DNA of 64,000 bases from Candidatus Eiseniibacteriota bacterium (GTDB lineage Bacteria > Eisenbacteria > RBG-16-71-46 > DASYSL01), in contig JANPEF010000082.1 of assembly GCA_031431875.1 (NCBI GenBank), forward strand, positions 1 to 64,000, in the 5' to 3' direction. Shown here in pieces: positions 10,579-21,497 of this stretch. The notes beneath the pieces were generated by a model. That model worked only from the letters and a program-made list of their open reading frames with translations. It was not told where the DNA came from and ran no database searches. Both the position numbers and the translations under genes were made by a program. Within the stretch, counting starts at the first letter, position 1. Each line of letters starts with the position of its first letter.

Positions 10579-11081
10579 GCGGGATCTCCATCGGCGGGCG
10601 GCGTGGAGTCGCGTGCCGGCGGTGCGTCGAACGGCACGAACGCCGGCGCGTCGATCCCGATCACGGTGCGGCCGGTCGTGAACGAGTGTGCCTCCGGCGA
10701 CGGACCGTCGCCCTCGATCGCGACCACGGCGGTGGCCACTCCGCCGTCATGCGCCAGCGAGATGGTCGCGTGCGTCGCGCCGATGGTGCGCGCGACCTCC
10801 GCGGCGCGGCCGGTGATGTAGAGATGCGGTCGACCGTGCGGGTCATGGCGCACCTCGAAGTCCTTCCAGCCGACGCCGTTCGACCAGCCGGTGCCCAGCG
10901 CCTTCATGCCCGCTTCCTTCGCCGCGAAGCGCGCGGCGAAGTGGCGCGCCGGCTCCTTGTGCCGCGTGCAGTACGCGGTCTCGCCGGCGGTGAACAGTCG
11001 GCGCGTGAAGCGCTCGCCCTTCGCCAGGGCGCCCGCGATGCGCGCCACCTCGACGAGGTCGATGCCGAGTCCCAGGATCAC
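10575..11081 (-). CDS. acpS: Holo-[acyl-carrier-protein] synthase
   Basis: GLGIDLVEV, FAARFAAKEAGMKALGTG, G.P. GTG start overlaps the upstream stop. Confidence 0.9.
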   Translation of the reverse strand: MILGLGIDLVEVARIAGALAKGERFTRRLFTAGETAYCTRHKEPARHFAARFAAKEAGMKALGTGWSNGVGWKDFEVRHDPHGRPHLYITGRAAEVARTIGATHATISLAHDGGVATAVVAIEGDGPSPEAHSFTTGRTVIGIDAPAFVPFDAPPARDSTPPADGDPA

Positions 11082-12517
11082 GCGCGCGGTCCTGCCAGCG
11101 CGGACGCGGGCTCGAGCGTGGCGACCGGCGTCGCATCCCACACCAGGGGCACGTTCGAGACGACCGCGCGGCGGCGGCCGTCGGCGCGCCGCGGGATCGT
11201 GTCGACGGCCTGCAGCTCGAGGGAGAGCGCCGCATCGACGTCGTGCACGCCCGCGGCGAGCGCGGCCTGCGTGCGCACCTGCGCGGCTTCATTCCACTCC
11301 GCGGCGGGCCGGATCTCGAACACCAGCGCATCCGGACGGGTCTGGAGCACGCGCCAGTCGGCGATCGCCGGGGCGTCTGGAGCGTCGACGATCGTGTCGA
11401 GCAGCCACTCGAACCAGTCGCCGTGGATGCGGCGGCCGGCGGGGGAGGTGACCAGTTCGTCGCTGCGGCCGTCCGTCAACAGGAGCCGCTCGCTGGTGCG
11501 GCCGCACGAGCACGTCGGCTCGGGAATGCGGCAGCCCACGTCGCCGGTCTTCACGCGAAACATCGGGTAGGATCGATTGTCGAGAACCGTGGCCACGAGT
11601 TCGCCGTCCTCGCCGTCGGGGACAGGCTCGCCGTCGCGCAGCACCTCGATCAACACGCGCTCCATCGAGACGTGCAGCCCGTTGCGCGCATCGCACTCGT
11701 GCGCGGCCTCGCCCAGCTCGCGGGTGCGCCACGCATCGAAGACCGGCGCGCCGAGCAGGGCCTCGAGGCGGGCGCGGCGTTCCTCGCCCAGGCTCTCGCC
11801 GCTCGACTGCACCGCGCGCGGCTTCCAGCCGTCGGCGGGCGCGGCGGCCGCGTAGCGCAGGAGCGCGCTCGGCGCACCGCACAACAGCCCGGCATCGAGC
11901 TTCGCACCACGGGTGGCAAGCCCGGCGGCTGCGCCGTCGTCGGCGCCGGGCTCGAGCTGTGCCGGGTGCAGCCACGCGCCGCCGCGCAGCGCGCCGCGCA
12001 GCGTGCCTGCGGCGTGCGGAAGGAGCGTGCCGTGGTCGGCGCGGCCGGTCAACTCGAGGCGGGGAAGGCGCCAGTCGAGGCCCATCCAGCCGACGTGGCG
12101 CAGTTCGTCGACCTGGCGTTCGCGGCGCGTGAGCGGATCGAGCCAGATCGGCGCGGCGGGAGCGTCGCCCGGCTGCCCGGGGAGCGGCGGCGCTTCGATC
12201 CAGTCGGTTCCCGGCGCGTCGCCGGCGACGAGGTCGCGGGCGAAGTCGCGGCGATCGCGCGCGTCGAGCGGCGGCAACGCGGCGAGGTCGCGGATCGAGC
12301 GCACCAGTTCCGGGTGGATTCCGTAGCGGGCGAAGCGTCGGCGCCAGAACGCCGTTGCGCCGCCGGCGTGGGCGAGCAGGGACTTGAGCCGCTCGACCTG
12401 CAGCGCCCCGAGGGCGCGCCGATCGAGGCACTCGTTCGCCGCGCAGGCACGGAAGAGCGCCGGGGCACCGGCGCGGAAGGCGGCGAAGGATCGCAGGCTC
12501 TTGGCGAACAGGGGCAT
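11078..12517 (-). CDS. Phenylacetate-CoA ligase/CapK-like protein, catalytic motifs degenerate
   Basis: LQVERLKSLLAHA, DLAALP.L, GELVATVLDNRSYPMFRVKTGD, GRSDE, GRRIH. Lacks TSGSTG. Confidence 0.75.
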   Translation of the reverse strand: MPLFAKSLRSFAAFRAGAPALFRACAANECLDRRALGALQVERLKSLLAHAGGATAFWRRRFARYGIHPELVRSIRDLAALPPLDARDRRDFARDLVAGDAPGTDWIEAPPLPGQPGDAPAAPIWLDPLTRRERQVDELRHVGWMGLDWRLPRLELTGRADHGTLLPHAAGTLRGALRGGAWLHPAQLEPGADDGAAAGLATRGAKLDAGLLCGAPSALLRYAAAAPADGWKPRAVQSSGESLGEERRARLEALLGAPVFDAWRTRELGEAAHECDARNGLHVSMERVLIEVLRDGEPVPDGEDGELVATVLDNRSYPMFRVKTGDVGCRIPEPTCSCGRTSERLLLTDGRSDELVTSPAGRRIHGDWFEWLLDTIVDAPDAPAIADWRVLQTRPDALVFEIRPAAEWNEAAQVRTQAALAAGVHDVDAALSLELQAVDTIPRRADGRRRAVVSNVPLVWDATPVATLEPASALAGPRA

Positions 12518-12701
12518 GGGCTTCGCGATCGTGGGTGGACGGGTCGATGCGACGGATTGCGCGCATGATGCCCCCGGCAGGCGGTTCGTGCAAGCGATCC
12601 GGCGGCCCGGCGAGGTCCCAATCCCCCGCGCTTGACAGCGCGCCGCCGTGGCCGCATCAATGGTGCATTCCCTGCCCCGAACCGGCTCCCGGAGATCGCC
12701 C

Positions 12702-14906
12702 ATGCCCCCTGTGCGCAGCGCTGCCGCCCTGCTCCTCGCCTTGCCGCTCCTGCTCGCGCCAACGGTCGCCCCCGCCGCGCCTGCGAAAGCCCCGCCGGTC
12801 GCACCGATCGAGGACGTGACCGACGTCTACTGGGGCGTCCCCGTGGCCGATCCGTACCGGTACCTGGAAGACCGGAAGGACCCCCGTGTGCTCACCTGGA
12901 TCAAGGGGCAGGCCGATTTCACGACCGGCGTGATGGCCGCCGTGCCGCACCGCGACGAGTTGCGCGCCCGCATCGCCGAGTACGACGCCGGGCGTCCGTG
13001 GAAGGTGTTCGACATCGAGCCGCAGGCCGACGGAGGCCTCTTCTACCTGAAGCAGAAGGCGGGCGAGAACCTGGCGAAGCTCTACGTACGACCTGCCGGC
13101 GGCACGAGCGAGCGCGTGGTGGTCGATCCGTCGACGCGCACGCCGGCCGACGGCGGCCACTACTCGATCAGCTGGGCGCAGGCTTCACCCGACGGGAAGC
13201 GCGTCGCGATCGGCCTGGCCCCCTCGGGCTCCGAGGAGGACATCCTTTACGTCATTGACGTGACGAGCGGCGCGGCGCTCGGCGACTCGATCACGCGCAT
13301 GGAGGCCGCTTACGTCGAGCCGATGTGGCTGCCCGACGGCAGCGGCTTCTTCTACTCCCGCTTGCGCGACCTGCCGCCCGACGCCCCCGAGACCGAGGGT
13401 TATCGCCTGTCCCGCGCCTTCCTGCATCGCCTCGGCACGCCGGTCGCGAGCGATCCGCAGGTGTTCGGTCACGGGGCGAACCCGGCGATCGTGATGACCG
13501 AGGAAGACTTCCCCGCGATCGAGCTGCCCGACGGTTCGCCCTTTGCGCTGGGCCGGATCACGCACGGCGACTCGAACCAGCTCACGCTCTACAGCGCCCG
13601 CCTCGACGACCTGGTTGCCCACGGCAAGGACGCGAGCTGGAAGCTGATCTGCGACGTGCCCGACTCGGTGACCGGGTTTGCCGTGCACGGGACGACGATC
13701 GATCTGGTCACCTCGCGCGATGCGCCGCGCTTCAAGGTTCTGCGCACCGATCTCGCCGCGCCCGACTTCGAGCACGCGACGCTCGTCGTGCCGCCCGGGC
13801 ACCTGGTCGTCGACGGCATCCGCAGCGCGAAGGACGCGCTCTACGTGCAGTTCCAGCGCGGCGGTGCCGGCTCGATCGGGCGCGTGCCGCATGGCGCAGC
13901 GCCGGCGGTCGCGATGCTCGCGCTGCCCGACGACTTCCAGGCCGGCGTCCTCGTGGCCACGCATCCGAGCCTCCCCGGCACGTTCGTCGAGACCAAGGCG
14001 TGGACGCGGGCCGGAAAGACCTATTACTTCGATCCTGCGAACGACCGGTTCACCGACTCGAAGCTCAACCCGGTCGGCCGCTACGACGCGGTGCCGGGCT
14101 ACGCTTCGATCGAGGTCGAGGCGCCGTCGCACGACGGCGTGATGGTGCCACTGTCGATCCTCCACAAGGTCGGCCTGAAGAGGGACGGCTCGAACCCCGC
14201 GTACCTCACCGGCTACGGCTCGTACGGCATCAATCGCAACGTGAACTTCGATCCGAAGCAGCTCGCGTGGCTCGAGAAAGGCGGCATCATCGCGGTCGCC
14301 CACGTGCGCGGCGGCGGCGAGTTGGGGCAGGAGTGGCACAGCGCCGGGCAGAAGGCGAACAAGCCGAACACGTGGAAGGACTTCATCGCCTGCGGCGAGT
14401 ACCTGGTGCGCGAGGGCTGGACGTCCCCGGCGAAGCTCGCCGGTCAGGGCGGCAGCGCCGGCGGCATCACGATCGGCCGGGCGATCACCGAGCGCCCCGA
14501 CCTGTTCGCGGCCGCGCTGCTCGACGTGGGCTCGCTCGACGTCGTGCGCATGGAGACGACGACCAACGGCATCCCGAACATCATGGAGTTCGGGACCGTG
14601 AAGAAGGAGGACGAGTTCCACGGGTTGCTCGCGATGAGCGCATATCACCACGTGCAGGACGGCGTGAAGTACCCCGCCGTCATGCTCTCGCACGGGATCA
14701 ACGACCCGCGCGTCGAGCCCTGGGAGTCTGCGAAGATGTGCGCCCGCCTGCAGGCCGCGACCGCCAGCGGGAAGCCCGTGCTGTTTCGCGTCGATTACCA
14801 GGCCGGCCACGGGATCGGTTCGACGCGCAACCAGCAGCAGGCGACGCTGGCTGACAAGTGGGCGTTCCTGCTCTGGCAGATGGAAACCCCGAAGCCGCTG
14901 CCCTGA
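12702..14906 (+). CDS. Prolyl oligopeptidase (S9A), exported
   Basis: Signal peptide, [30 protein letters not shown] nucleophile motif, D.RV, AGHG. Confidence 0.92.
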   Translation: MPPVRSAAALLLALPLLLAPTVAPAAPAKAPPVAPIEDVTDVYWGVPVADPYRYLEDRKDPRVLTWIKGQADFTTGVMAAVPHRDELRARIAEYDAGRPWKVFDIEPQADGGLFYLKQKAGENLAKLYVRPAGGTSERVVVDPSTRTPADGGHYSISWAQASPDGKRVAIGLAPSGSEEDILYVIDVTSGAALGDSITRMEAAYVEPMWLPDGSGFFYSRLRDLPPDAPETEGYRLSRAFLHRLGTPVASDPQVFGHGANPAIVMTEEDFPAIELPDGSPFALGRITHGDSNQLTLYSARLDDLVAHGKDASWKLICDVPDSVTGFAVHGTTIDLVTSRDAPRFKVLRTDLAAPDFEHATLVVPPGHLVVDGIRSAKDALYVQFQRGGAGSIGRVPHGAAPAVAMLALPDDFQAGVLVATHPSLPGTFVETKAWTRAGKTYYFDPANDRFTDSKLNPVGRYDAVPGYASIEVEAPSHDGVMVPLSILHKVGLKRDGSNPAYLTGYGSYGINRNVNFDPKQLAWLEKGGIIAVAHVRGGGELGQEWHSAGQKANKPNTWKDFIACGEYLVREGWTSPAKLAGQGGSAGGITIGRAITERPDLFAAALLDVGSLDVVRMETTTNGIPNIMEFGTVKKEDEFHGLLAMSAYHHVQDGVKYPAVMLSHGINDPRVEPWESAKMCARLQAATASGKPVLFRVDYQAGHGIGSTRNQQQATLADKWAFLLWQMETPKPLP

Positions 14907-14908
14907 CC

Positions 14909-16840
14909 GTGGACGCTGCCGCGCACGAGCCGCGCTTCCGGTTCCAGGTCGCCGTCGCCGTGGTCGCGTTGCTTGCGATCGCGGCGTCGCTGCTTCTGGG
15001 CGCGTTCGCGCCCGGCGTGCCGGCGCTCGTCGGCATTCCCGCCGCCACGCTGCCGCTGTGGGTCGCGCTCGCGTTCGGGGGCGTGCCGCTGGTGATCGGG
15101 GTGGTGCAGCGGCTCCTGCGCGGCGAGTTCAGCGCCGACGTGCTGGCCGCGATCTCGATCGTGGCCTCGGCCGTGCTCGGGCAGCACCTCGCCGGCGTGC
15201 TCGTCGTGCTCATGCTCGCCGGAGGCCAGGCACTCGAGTCCTTCGCGGCGCGACGGGCCTCGTCCGCGCTCAATGCGCTGGCGAAGCGCATGCCGACGGT
15301 CGCGCACCGCCGGGGCGACGACGGGCTCGTCGACGTCGCGATCGACGCGGTCGAGGTGGGCGCTGAGCTCGTCGTCCTGCCGCACGAGACGTGTCCCGTC
15401 GACGGCATCGTCGTCGAGGGCCGCACCACGATGAACGAGGCGTACCTCACCGGCGAGCCTTACTTCCAGGAGAAGATCCCGGGCTCGGCCGTGCTGTCCG
15501 GCGCCATCAACGGCGAGGGCGCGCTGGTGATCCGCGCGACGAGCCGCGCCGTCGACTCGCGCTACACGCAGATCATGCGCGTCATGCAGGACGCCGAGCA
15601 GCGCCGGCCGCGGATGCGGCGGCTCGCCGATCGCCTTGGCGCGTGGTACACGCCGCTGGCGCTGGTCGTCGCGATCGCGGCCGGGATCGCGTCGGGTGAT
15701 CCCGTGCGCTTCCTGGCGGTGCTGGTCATCGCCACGCCGTGCCCGCTCATCATCGCCATTCCGGTGGCGATCATCGGCGCGGTGTCGCTGGCGGCGCGGC
15801 GCGGCATCATCGTCAAGGATCCGAGCGTCCTCGAGGAGATCGACACCTGCCGCACGGCGATCTTCGACAAGACCGGCACGCTCACCTACGGCGAGCCACG
15901 CGTGAGCGAGGTGATGCCGCTCGCCGGCCACGCGAGTGACCGCGTGCTTGCGCGCGTGGCGAGCCTCGAGCGCTACTCGCGTCATCCGCTCGCCGGGGCG
16001 ATCCAGATCGCCGCCGAAGCGGCCAATCTCGCCATCGATCCAGCGACGGAGGTCTCCGAGCGGCCGGGCCAGGGACTGCGCGGCACCGTCGACGGCGTCG
16101 TCGTCGAGGTGACGAGCCGAAAGGCGCTGTCCGGGCGCGACACGGTCGCGCTCGCCACGCTCCCCGACTCGGGCGGCGGGCTCGAGAGCGTCGTCCTGTT
16201 CGACGGCGTCGTGGTGGCACTGGTGCGCTTTCGCGACGAGGTGCGCGCCGACGGCGGGCCGTTCGTCCGGCACCTCGAGCCCAGCCACGGGTTCAGCCGC
16301 GTGCTTCTGGTCTCGGGCGACCGTGAGAGCGAGGTGCGCCACCTCGCCGCCCAGGTCGGCATCACCGAGGTGCACGCCAGCCAGAGCCCGGAGCAGAAGC
16401 TGGCACTCGTGCGCGCCGAGACCGCGCTCGCGCCCACGCTGTTCATGGGCGACGGGATCAACGACGCGCCGGCGCTCGCCGCCGCAACCGTGGGCGTCGC
16501 GTTCGGGCAGGGCAGCGACGTGACCGCCGAGGCGGCGGGGGCCGTGATCCTCGACAGCTCGCTCGGGCGCGTCGACGAGCTGCTCCACATCGGGCGGCGC
16601 ATGCGCGGCATCGCGCTGCAGAGCGCGGTTGGCGGCATCGCGCTGTCGCTGCTGGGCATGCTCGCCGCGGCGCTCGGCTACCTGCCGCCGGTCGCGGGTG
16701 CGCTGCTGCAGGAAGCGATCGACGTCCTGGCGGTGCTCAACGCGCTGCGCGCCTCGTTCGCGCCGGGAACGCTCGCCGACTACGAGGGCGCGGCCGCTGC
16801 GATACAACGAAGCGTGGCGTCGTCGCGGGCGGACGGGTAG
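14909..16840 (+). CDS. Heavy-metal P-type ATPase, P1B-5 subclass
   Basis: [31 protein letters not shown] signatures [14 protein letters not shown] and [18 protein letters not shown]. Start position uncertain. Confidence 0.9.
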   Translation: MDAAAHEPRFRFQVAVAVVALLAIAASLLLGAFAPGVPALVGIPAATLPLWVALAFGGVPLVIGVVQRLLRGEFSADVLAAISIVASAVLGQHLAGVLVVLMLAGGQALESFAARRASSALNALAKRMPTVAHRRGDDGLVDVAIDAVEVGAELVVLPHETCPVDGIVVEGRTTMNEAYLTGEPYFQEKIPGSAVLSGAINGEGALVIRATSRAVDSRYTQIMRVMQDAEQRRPRMRRLADRLGAWYTPLALVVAIAAGIASGDPVRFLAVLVIATPCPLIIAIPVAIIGAVSLAARRGIIVKDPSVLEEIDTCRTAIFDKTGTLTYGEPRVSEVMPLAGHASDRVLARVASLERYSRHPLAGAIQIAAEAANLAIDPATEVSERPGQGLRGTVDGVVVEVTSRKALSGRDTVALATLPDSGGGLESVVLFDGVVVALVRFRDEVRADGGPFVRHLEPSHGFSRVLLVSGDRESEVRHLAAQVGITEVHASQSPEQKLALVRAETALAPTLFMGDGINDAPALAAATVGVAFGQGSDVTAEAAGAVILDSSLGRVDELLHIGRRMRGIALQSAVGGIALSLLGMLAAALGYLPPVAGALLQEAIDVLAVLNALRASFAPGTLADYEGAAAAIQRSVASSRADG

Positions 16841-16849
16841 TCTCGGCGC

Positions 16850-17365
16850 ATGGAACGCCGCAGTGTCGAAGCCATCGTCCGGTCCCTCAACGATGCGAAC
16901 GTGCGCTACCTCGTCGTCGGGGGCCTGGCGGTCGTCGCACACGGCCACGCGCGCTTCACCGGTGATGTCGACCTGGTCCTCGATCTCGACCCGGACAATG
17001 CATTGCGGGCGGTCGAAGCTCTCGCCGCCCTCGACTACCGGCCCCGGGCCCCCGTGCCGATCCGGGAGTTCGCCGACCCGGCCCGGCGGGACGATTGGGT
17101 CGCGACGAAGGGACTGACCGTCTTTTCGCTCTCCAGCCCGGCGCACCCCGCGACCGAGGTCGACCTGTTCGTCGCGGCCCCGTTCGATTTCGACGTCGTG
17201 TACCGACGTGCAGCTCGGTTCGAAGTCGCGCCCGCCGTCAGCGCCACGTTTGTGTCGCGTGCGGACCTGATCGGGATGAAGCGGCTTGCCGGTCGTCCCG
17301 TCGACCTCGACGACGCGCGTATTCTCGAGTCGATGGACGACCCGGGGCCGGGGCACGAACCATGA
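16850..17365 (+). CDS. Nucleotidyltransferase-fold protein (DUF6036/AbiEii-like)
   Basis: YLVVGGLAVVAHG..R.T.DVDL and C-terminal MK..AGRP.DL.D. Confidence 0.75.
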   Translation: MERRSVEAIVRSLNDANVRYLVVGGLAVVAHGHARFTGDVDLVLDLDPDNALRAVEALAALDYRPRAPVPIREFADPARRDDWVATKGLTVFSLSSPAHPATEVDLFVAAPFDFDVVYRRAARFEVAPAVSATFVSRADLIGMKRLAGRPVDLDDARILESMDDPGPGHEP

Positions 17366-17559
17366 GCGGGACCGACCCGAACGGACCCGAGAGTGCGGGC
17401 TGGGATCGCGGATTCGAGGGCCACGCCGAGGCGCAGCGGCGTCGGATCGCAGCACTGCCCCTGTGGCTGAGGATCGAGTGGCTCGAGGAAACGCAACGCC
17501 TCCTCGAGCGGATGAAACGCGTCGATCTCACGATGCGTCCCGACGACATCCTTCCCTGA
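17362..17559 (+). CDS. Small hypothetical protein (65 aa), probable partner of the nucleotidyltransferase
   Basis: ATGA overlap. [26 protein letters not shown]. Fills the gap to xfp. Confidence 0.6.
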   Translation: MSGTDPNGPESAGWDRGFEGHAEAQRRRIAALPLWLRIEWLEETQRLLERMKRVDLTMRPDDILP

Positions 17560-17569
17560 AACGAGCCCG

Positions 17570-19996
17570 ATGACCCCTCTACGAACCACACCCGGCCCCG
17601 CTCTCCTCCGCCGCATGGACGCGTGGTGGCGCGCGGCGAACTACTTGTCGGTCGGACAGATCTACCTCTACGACAATCCGCTCCTGCGCCGACCGCTGAC
17701 CGTCGAGGACATCAAGCCGCGCCTGCTCGGGCACTGGGGCACGACGCCCGGCCTCAACTTCATCTACGTGCACCTCAATCGCATCATCGTCGAGCGCGAC
17801 CTGGGCGTGCTGTACGTCTGCGGTCCCGGTCATGGCGGGCCGGGCATGGTCGCCAACACCTGGCTCGAGGGCGTCTACAGCGAGGTGTACCCGGACGTGT
17901 CGCAGGACGGGGAGGGGATGAAGCGGCTGTTCACCCAGTTCTCGTTCCCGGGCGGCATCCCGAGCCACGTCGCGCCCGAGACGCCGGGCTCCATCCACGA
18001 GGGCGGCGAGCTGGGCTACGCGCTCGTGCACGCCTTCGGCGCGGCGTTCGACAATCCCGATCTCGTCGTCGCCTGCGTGATCGGCGATGGCGAGGCCGAG
18101 ACCGGGCCGCTCGCCGCCAGCTGGCACTCGAACAAGTTCCTGAATCCCGCGCGGGACGGCGCGGTGCTGCCCATCCTGCACCTGAACGGCGCGAAGATCG
18201 CCGGGCCGACGGTGCTCGCGCGCATCCCGCGGCCCGAACTGGCCGCGTATCTCACGGGCTGTGGCTGGGATCCGATCTTCGTCGACGCCGACGATCCGCT
18301 GCCCGCGCATCGCGCGATGGCGCGTGCCATGGACCGCGCGTTCGACGCGATCGCAAAGGCGCAGAAGGCCGCTCGCCGCGCCGGCGTGCGCGCCGGACGC
18401 ACGGTGCGTCCGCGCTGGCCGATGATCGTGCTGGTCAGCCCGAAGGGGTGGACCGGGCCAGCGAAAGTCGACGGCAGGCAGGTCGAGGGTACATTTCGCG
18501 CGCACCAGGTTCCGCTCGCCGACGTGCACCACCATCCCGAGAGGATCGCGCAGCTCGAACGCTGGCTGAAGAGCTACAAGCCGCGCGAGCTGTTCGACGC
18601 CGACGGCCGGCCCCGCCCCGAGATCCTGGGCCTCGCGCCGGCAGGCGAGCGGCGCATGGGTGCGAATCCGCACGCCAACGGCGGGGCGCTGCTGCGCGAC
18701 CTGCGCCTGCCCGACTTCCGCGCCTACGCCGTTCCCGTGCCCGTGCCCGGCGCCGTCGACGCCGAGGCGACGCGCGTGCAGGGCGCCTACATCCGCGACG
18801 TGATGAAGAAGAATGCCGACCACGGGAACTTCCGCGTGTTCAGCCCGGACGAGACGGCGTCGAATCGCTGGAACCCGGTGTTCGAGGTCGAGAACCGCAT
18901 GACCACCGAGCCGATCACGAAGGACGATGACCACCTGTCGCCCGACGGCCGCGTGCTCGAGGTGCTGAGCGAGCACCTGTGCGAGGGCTGGCTCGAGGGC
19001 TATCTCCTCACCGGGCGGCACGGGTTCTTCTCCTGCTACGAGGCGTTCATCCACATCGTCGACTCGATGTTCAACCAGCACGCGAAGTGGCTCAAGTCCA
19101 CGCGTCACATCCCGTGGCGGCGGCCGATCGCCTCGCTCAACATCCTGCTCTCGTCGCACGTCTGGCGACAGGACCACAACGGGTTCAGCCACCAGGACCC
19201 GGGGTTCATCGATCACGTGGTGAACAAGAAGGCCGAGGTGATCCGCGTCTACCTGCCGCCCGACGCGAACACGCTGCTCGCGGTGACCGACCACTGCCTG
19301 CGCAGCCGCCACCTGGTCAACGTCATCATCGCCGGCAAGCAGGACGCGCCGCAGTGGCTCGACATGGACGCCGCGGTCCGCCACGCGGCGGCCGGCGCCT
19401 CGCTGTGGGAGTGGGCGTCGAACGACCGGGGTGGCGAGCCCGACGTGGTGATGGCCTGCGCGGGCGACGTGCCCACGCTCGAGACGCTGGCCGCGGTCGA
19501 GCTGTTGCGCACGCACGCGCCGGAGCTCAGGGTGCGCGTCGTCAACGTCGTCGACCTGATGACGCTCCAGCCCGAGAGCGAACACCCGCACGGGCTGTCG
19601 GATCGCGACTTCGACACGCTGTTCACCCGCGACAAGCCGGTCATCTTCGCCTTCCACGGGTACCCGTGGCTGATTCATCGCCTCACCTACCGGCGGACGA
19701 ACCACGCCAACCTGCACGTGCGCGGGTTCAAGGAGGAGGGGACGACGACGACGCCGTTCGACATGGTCGTGCTCAACGACCTCGATCGCTTCCACCTGGT
19801 CATGGACGTGATCGATCGCGTGCCCGGGCTCGGCTCCCACGCGGCGTATGCGAAGAAGGCGATGGCCGACGCGCTGGTCGCCCACACCGAGTACATCCGC
19901 CGCCACGGCGAGGACATGCCCACGATCCGTGACTGGCGCTGGGCCGGTACCACGCCGGTCAAGGCGACGGCCCGGCCGAAGGGAGCGCGCCCGTGA
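17570..19996 (+). CDS. xfp: Xylulose-5-phosphate/fructose-6-phosphate phosphoketolase
   Basis: [53 protein letters not shown]. Confidence 0.96.
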   Translation: MTPLRTTPGPALLRRMDAWWRAANYLSVGQIYLYDNPLLRRPLTVEDIKPRLLGHWGTTPGLNFIYVHLNRIIVERDLGVLYVCGPGHGGPGMVANTWLEGVYSEVYPDVSQDGEGMKRLFTQFSFPGGIPSHVAPETPGSIHEGGELGYALVHAFGAAFDNPDLVVACVIGDGEAETGPLAASWHSNKFLNPARDGAVLPILHLNGAKIAGPTVLARIPRPELAAYLTGCGWDPIFVDADDPLPAHRAMARAMDRAFDAIAKAQKAARRAGVRAGRTVRPRWPMIVLVSPKGWTGPAKVDGRQVEGTFRAHQVPLADVHHHPERIAQLERWLKSYKPRELFDADGRPRPEILGLAPAGERRMGANPHANGGALLRDLRLPDFRAYAVPVPVPGAVDAEATRVQGAYIRDVMKKNADHGNFRVFSPDETASNRWNPVFEVENRMTTEPITKDDDHLSPDGRVLEVLSEHLCEGWLEGYLLTGRHGFFSCYEAFIHIVDSMFNQHAKWLKSTRHIPWRRPIASLNILLSSHVWRQDHNGFSHQDPGFIDHVVNKKAEVIRVYLPPDANTLLAVTDHCLRSRHLVNVIIAGKQDAPQWLDMDAAVRHAAAGASLWEWASNDRGGEPDVVMACAGDVPTLETLAAVELLRTHAPELRVRVVNVVDLMTLQPESEHPHGLSDRDFDTLFTRDKPVIFAFHGYPWLIHRLTYRRTNHANLHVRGFKEEGTTTTPFDMVVLNDLDRFHLVMDVIDRVPGLGSHAAYAKKAMADALVAHTEYIRRHGEDMPTIRDWRWAGTTPVKATARPKGARP

Positions 19997-21225
19997 ACGT
20001 CCTCGTCCTCAACTGCGGCAGCTCGTCGCTCAAGTTCCAGGTCGTCGCCACCGACGCCGCGGCGATGGAGGCCGACTCCGATCGCGTGCTCGCACGTGGC
20101 GTAGTCGAGCGGATCGGCAGCGAGGCACTGCTCACGCTGACCGCCGGCGACGCGCCCGCCGTGCGCACCGCCGAGCCGCTGCGCGATCACCGTGCGGCGC
20201 TCGAGGCCGTGCTGCGCTGGCTCGTCGGGGGCGCCGTGCCGGGGATCGCTTCGCCCGGCGACGTGCACGCCGTCGGCCACCGCGTCGTCCACGGGGGCGA
20301 GACGCTGACCGCCGCGACCCTCCTCGACGAGGCGACGATCCGCACCATCGAGGCGTGCATCGACCTGGCTCCCCTGCACAACCCGGCCAACCTCAAGGGG
20401 ATCGACGCGGCGCGCACCGCGTTCGGTCCGGGCGTGCCGCAGGTCGGCGTGTTCGACACGGCGTTTCACGCGACGATGCCCGAGACGTCTTACCTGTACG
20501 CGATCCCGTACCCGATGTACGTGCGGCACCGCGTCCGGCGCTACGGCTTCCACGGCACGTCGCACCGCTACGTGGCGTGGCGCTATCGCCGGATCGCGGG
20601 TGTCGCGCGCGAGGCGACGAACGTGGTGAGCCTGCACCTGGGCAACGGCGCATCGGCCTGCGCGATCAAGGGTGGCATGTCGCTCGACACGACGATGGGC
20701 ATGACGCCGCTCGAGGGTCTGGTCATGGGCACGCGCTCGGGCGACCTCGATCCGGGTATCCTCGAGTTCCTTCACCACAAGGAAGGCCTCTCGCTCGGCG
20801 AACTCGATTCGATGCTCAACAAGCAGTCGGGCCTGCTCGGTGTCTCCGGGCTCACCAGCGACATGCGCGACCTGCTCGCCGAGGAGGCGGCCCACGGCGA
20901 TCGCCGGGCCCGCCTGGCGATCGACCTGTTCTGCCTGCGGGCGCGCAAGGCGATCGGCGCCATGCTGGCGCGGATGGGCGGCGCCGACGCGATCCTGTTC
21001 ACCGGTGGCATCGGCGAGAACGCCGCAGCGGTGCGGGCGCGCATCCTCGACGGCATGGAGTGGTGCGGCGTCGCGCTGGACACGGCGATGAACGACGCCA
21101 CCGTGCACGGCAAGGAGGGCGAGATCGGCGCCGCGGGATCGCACCTGCGCGTGTTCGTCATTCCCACCAACGAGGAACTGATCATCGCGCGCGACACGGT
21201 GCGCTGCGTCACCGGGACGCCGTGA
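19993..21225 (+). CDS. ackA: Acetate kinase
   Basis: [47 protein letters not shown]. Confidence 0.96.
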   Translation: MNVLVLNCGSSSLKFQVVATDAAAMEADSDRVLARGVVERIGSEALLTLTAGDAPAVRTAEPLRDHRAALEAVLRWLVGGAVPGIASPGDVHAVGHRVVHGGETLTAATLLDEATIRTIEACIDLAPLHNPANLKGIDAARTAFGPGVPQVGVFDTAFHATMPETSYLYAIPYPMYVRHRVRRYGFHGTSHRYVAWRYRRIAGVAREATNVVSLHLGNGASACAIKGGMSLDTTMGMTPLEGLVMGTRSGDLDPGILEFLHHKEGLSLGELDSMLNKQSGLLGVSGLTSDMRDLLAEEAAHGDRRARLAIDLFCLRARKAIGAMLARMGGADAILFTGGIGENAAAVRARILDGMEWCGVALDTAMNDATVHGKEGEIGAAGSHLRVFVIPTNEELIIARDTVRCVTGTP

Positions 21226-21252
21226 CGCCGGTCGCGCCGTGCGCATTCGAGG

Positions 21253-21434
21253 CGCGCGCTGGTTGAAAAGGCGCTCGCGGCACTGCGCACCGCGAGGAGA
21301 TCACGCTGCATGCTCTACCTTCTCGGAGTCAACGGGGACGGCCTCGCATTCTGGCGGCAGCTCGGCGCACAATCCCGGGGCGGGTTGCACCTGCTTTCCA
21401 TCGATCTCGAGGCACCATCGATCTCGAGGCCTGA
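21253..21434 (+). pseudogene. Remnant of the C-terminal half of a GNAT acetyltransferase
   Basis: Translates RALVEKALAALR..RCMLYLLGVNGDGLAFWRQLG..LHLLSIDLEA. No N-terminal half. A 17-bp tandem duplication displaces the stop. Confidence 0.5.
21398..21430 (+). repeat. Tandem direct repeat CCATCGATCTCGAGGC x2
   Basis: Exact copies at 21398-21413 and 21415-21430. Confidence 0.9.
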
Positions 21435-21497
21435 CAGGCGGCGCATCCGGTGTTAACCTCGCGGCCTCGCCGACCCACGGCCACGGAGGATTCGACG

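Noticed and set aside
12632..12661. TTGACA upstream of the prolyl oligopeptidase gene
   Set aside because: No convincing -10 hexamer at 16-18 nt spacing.
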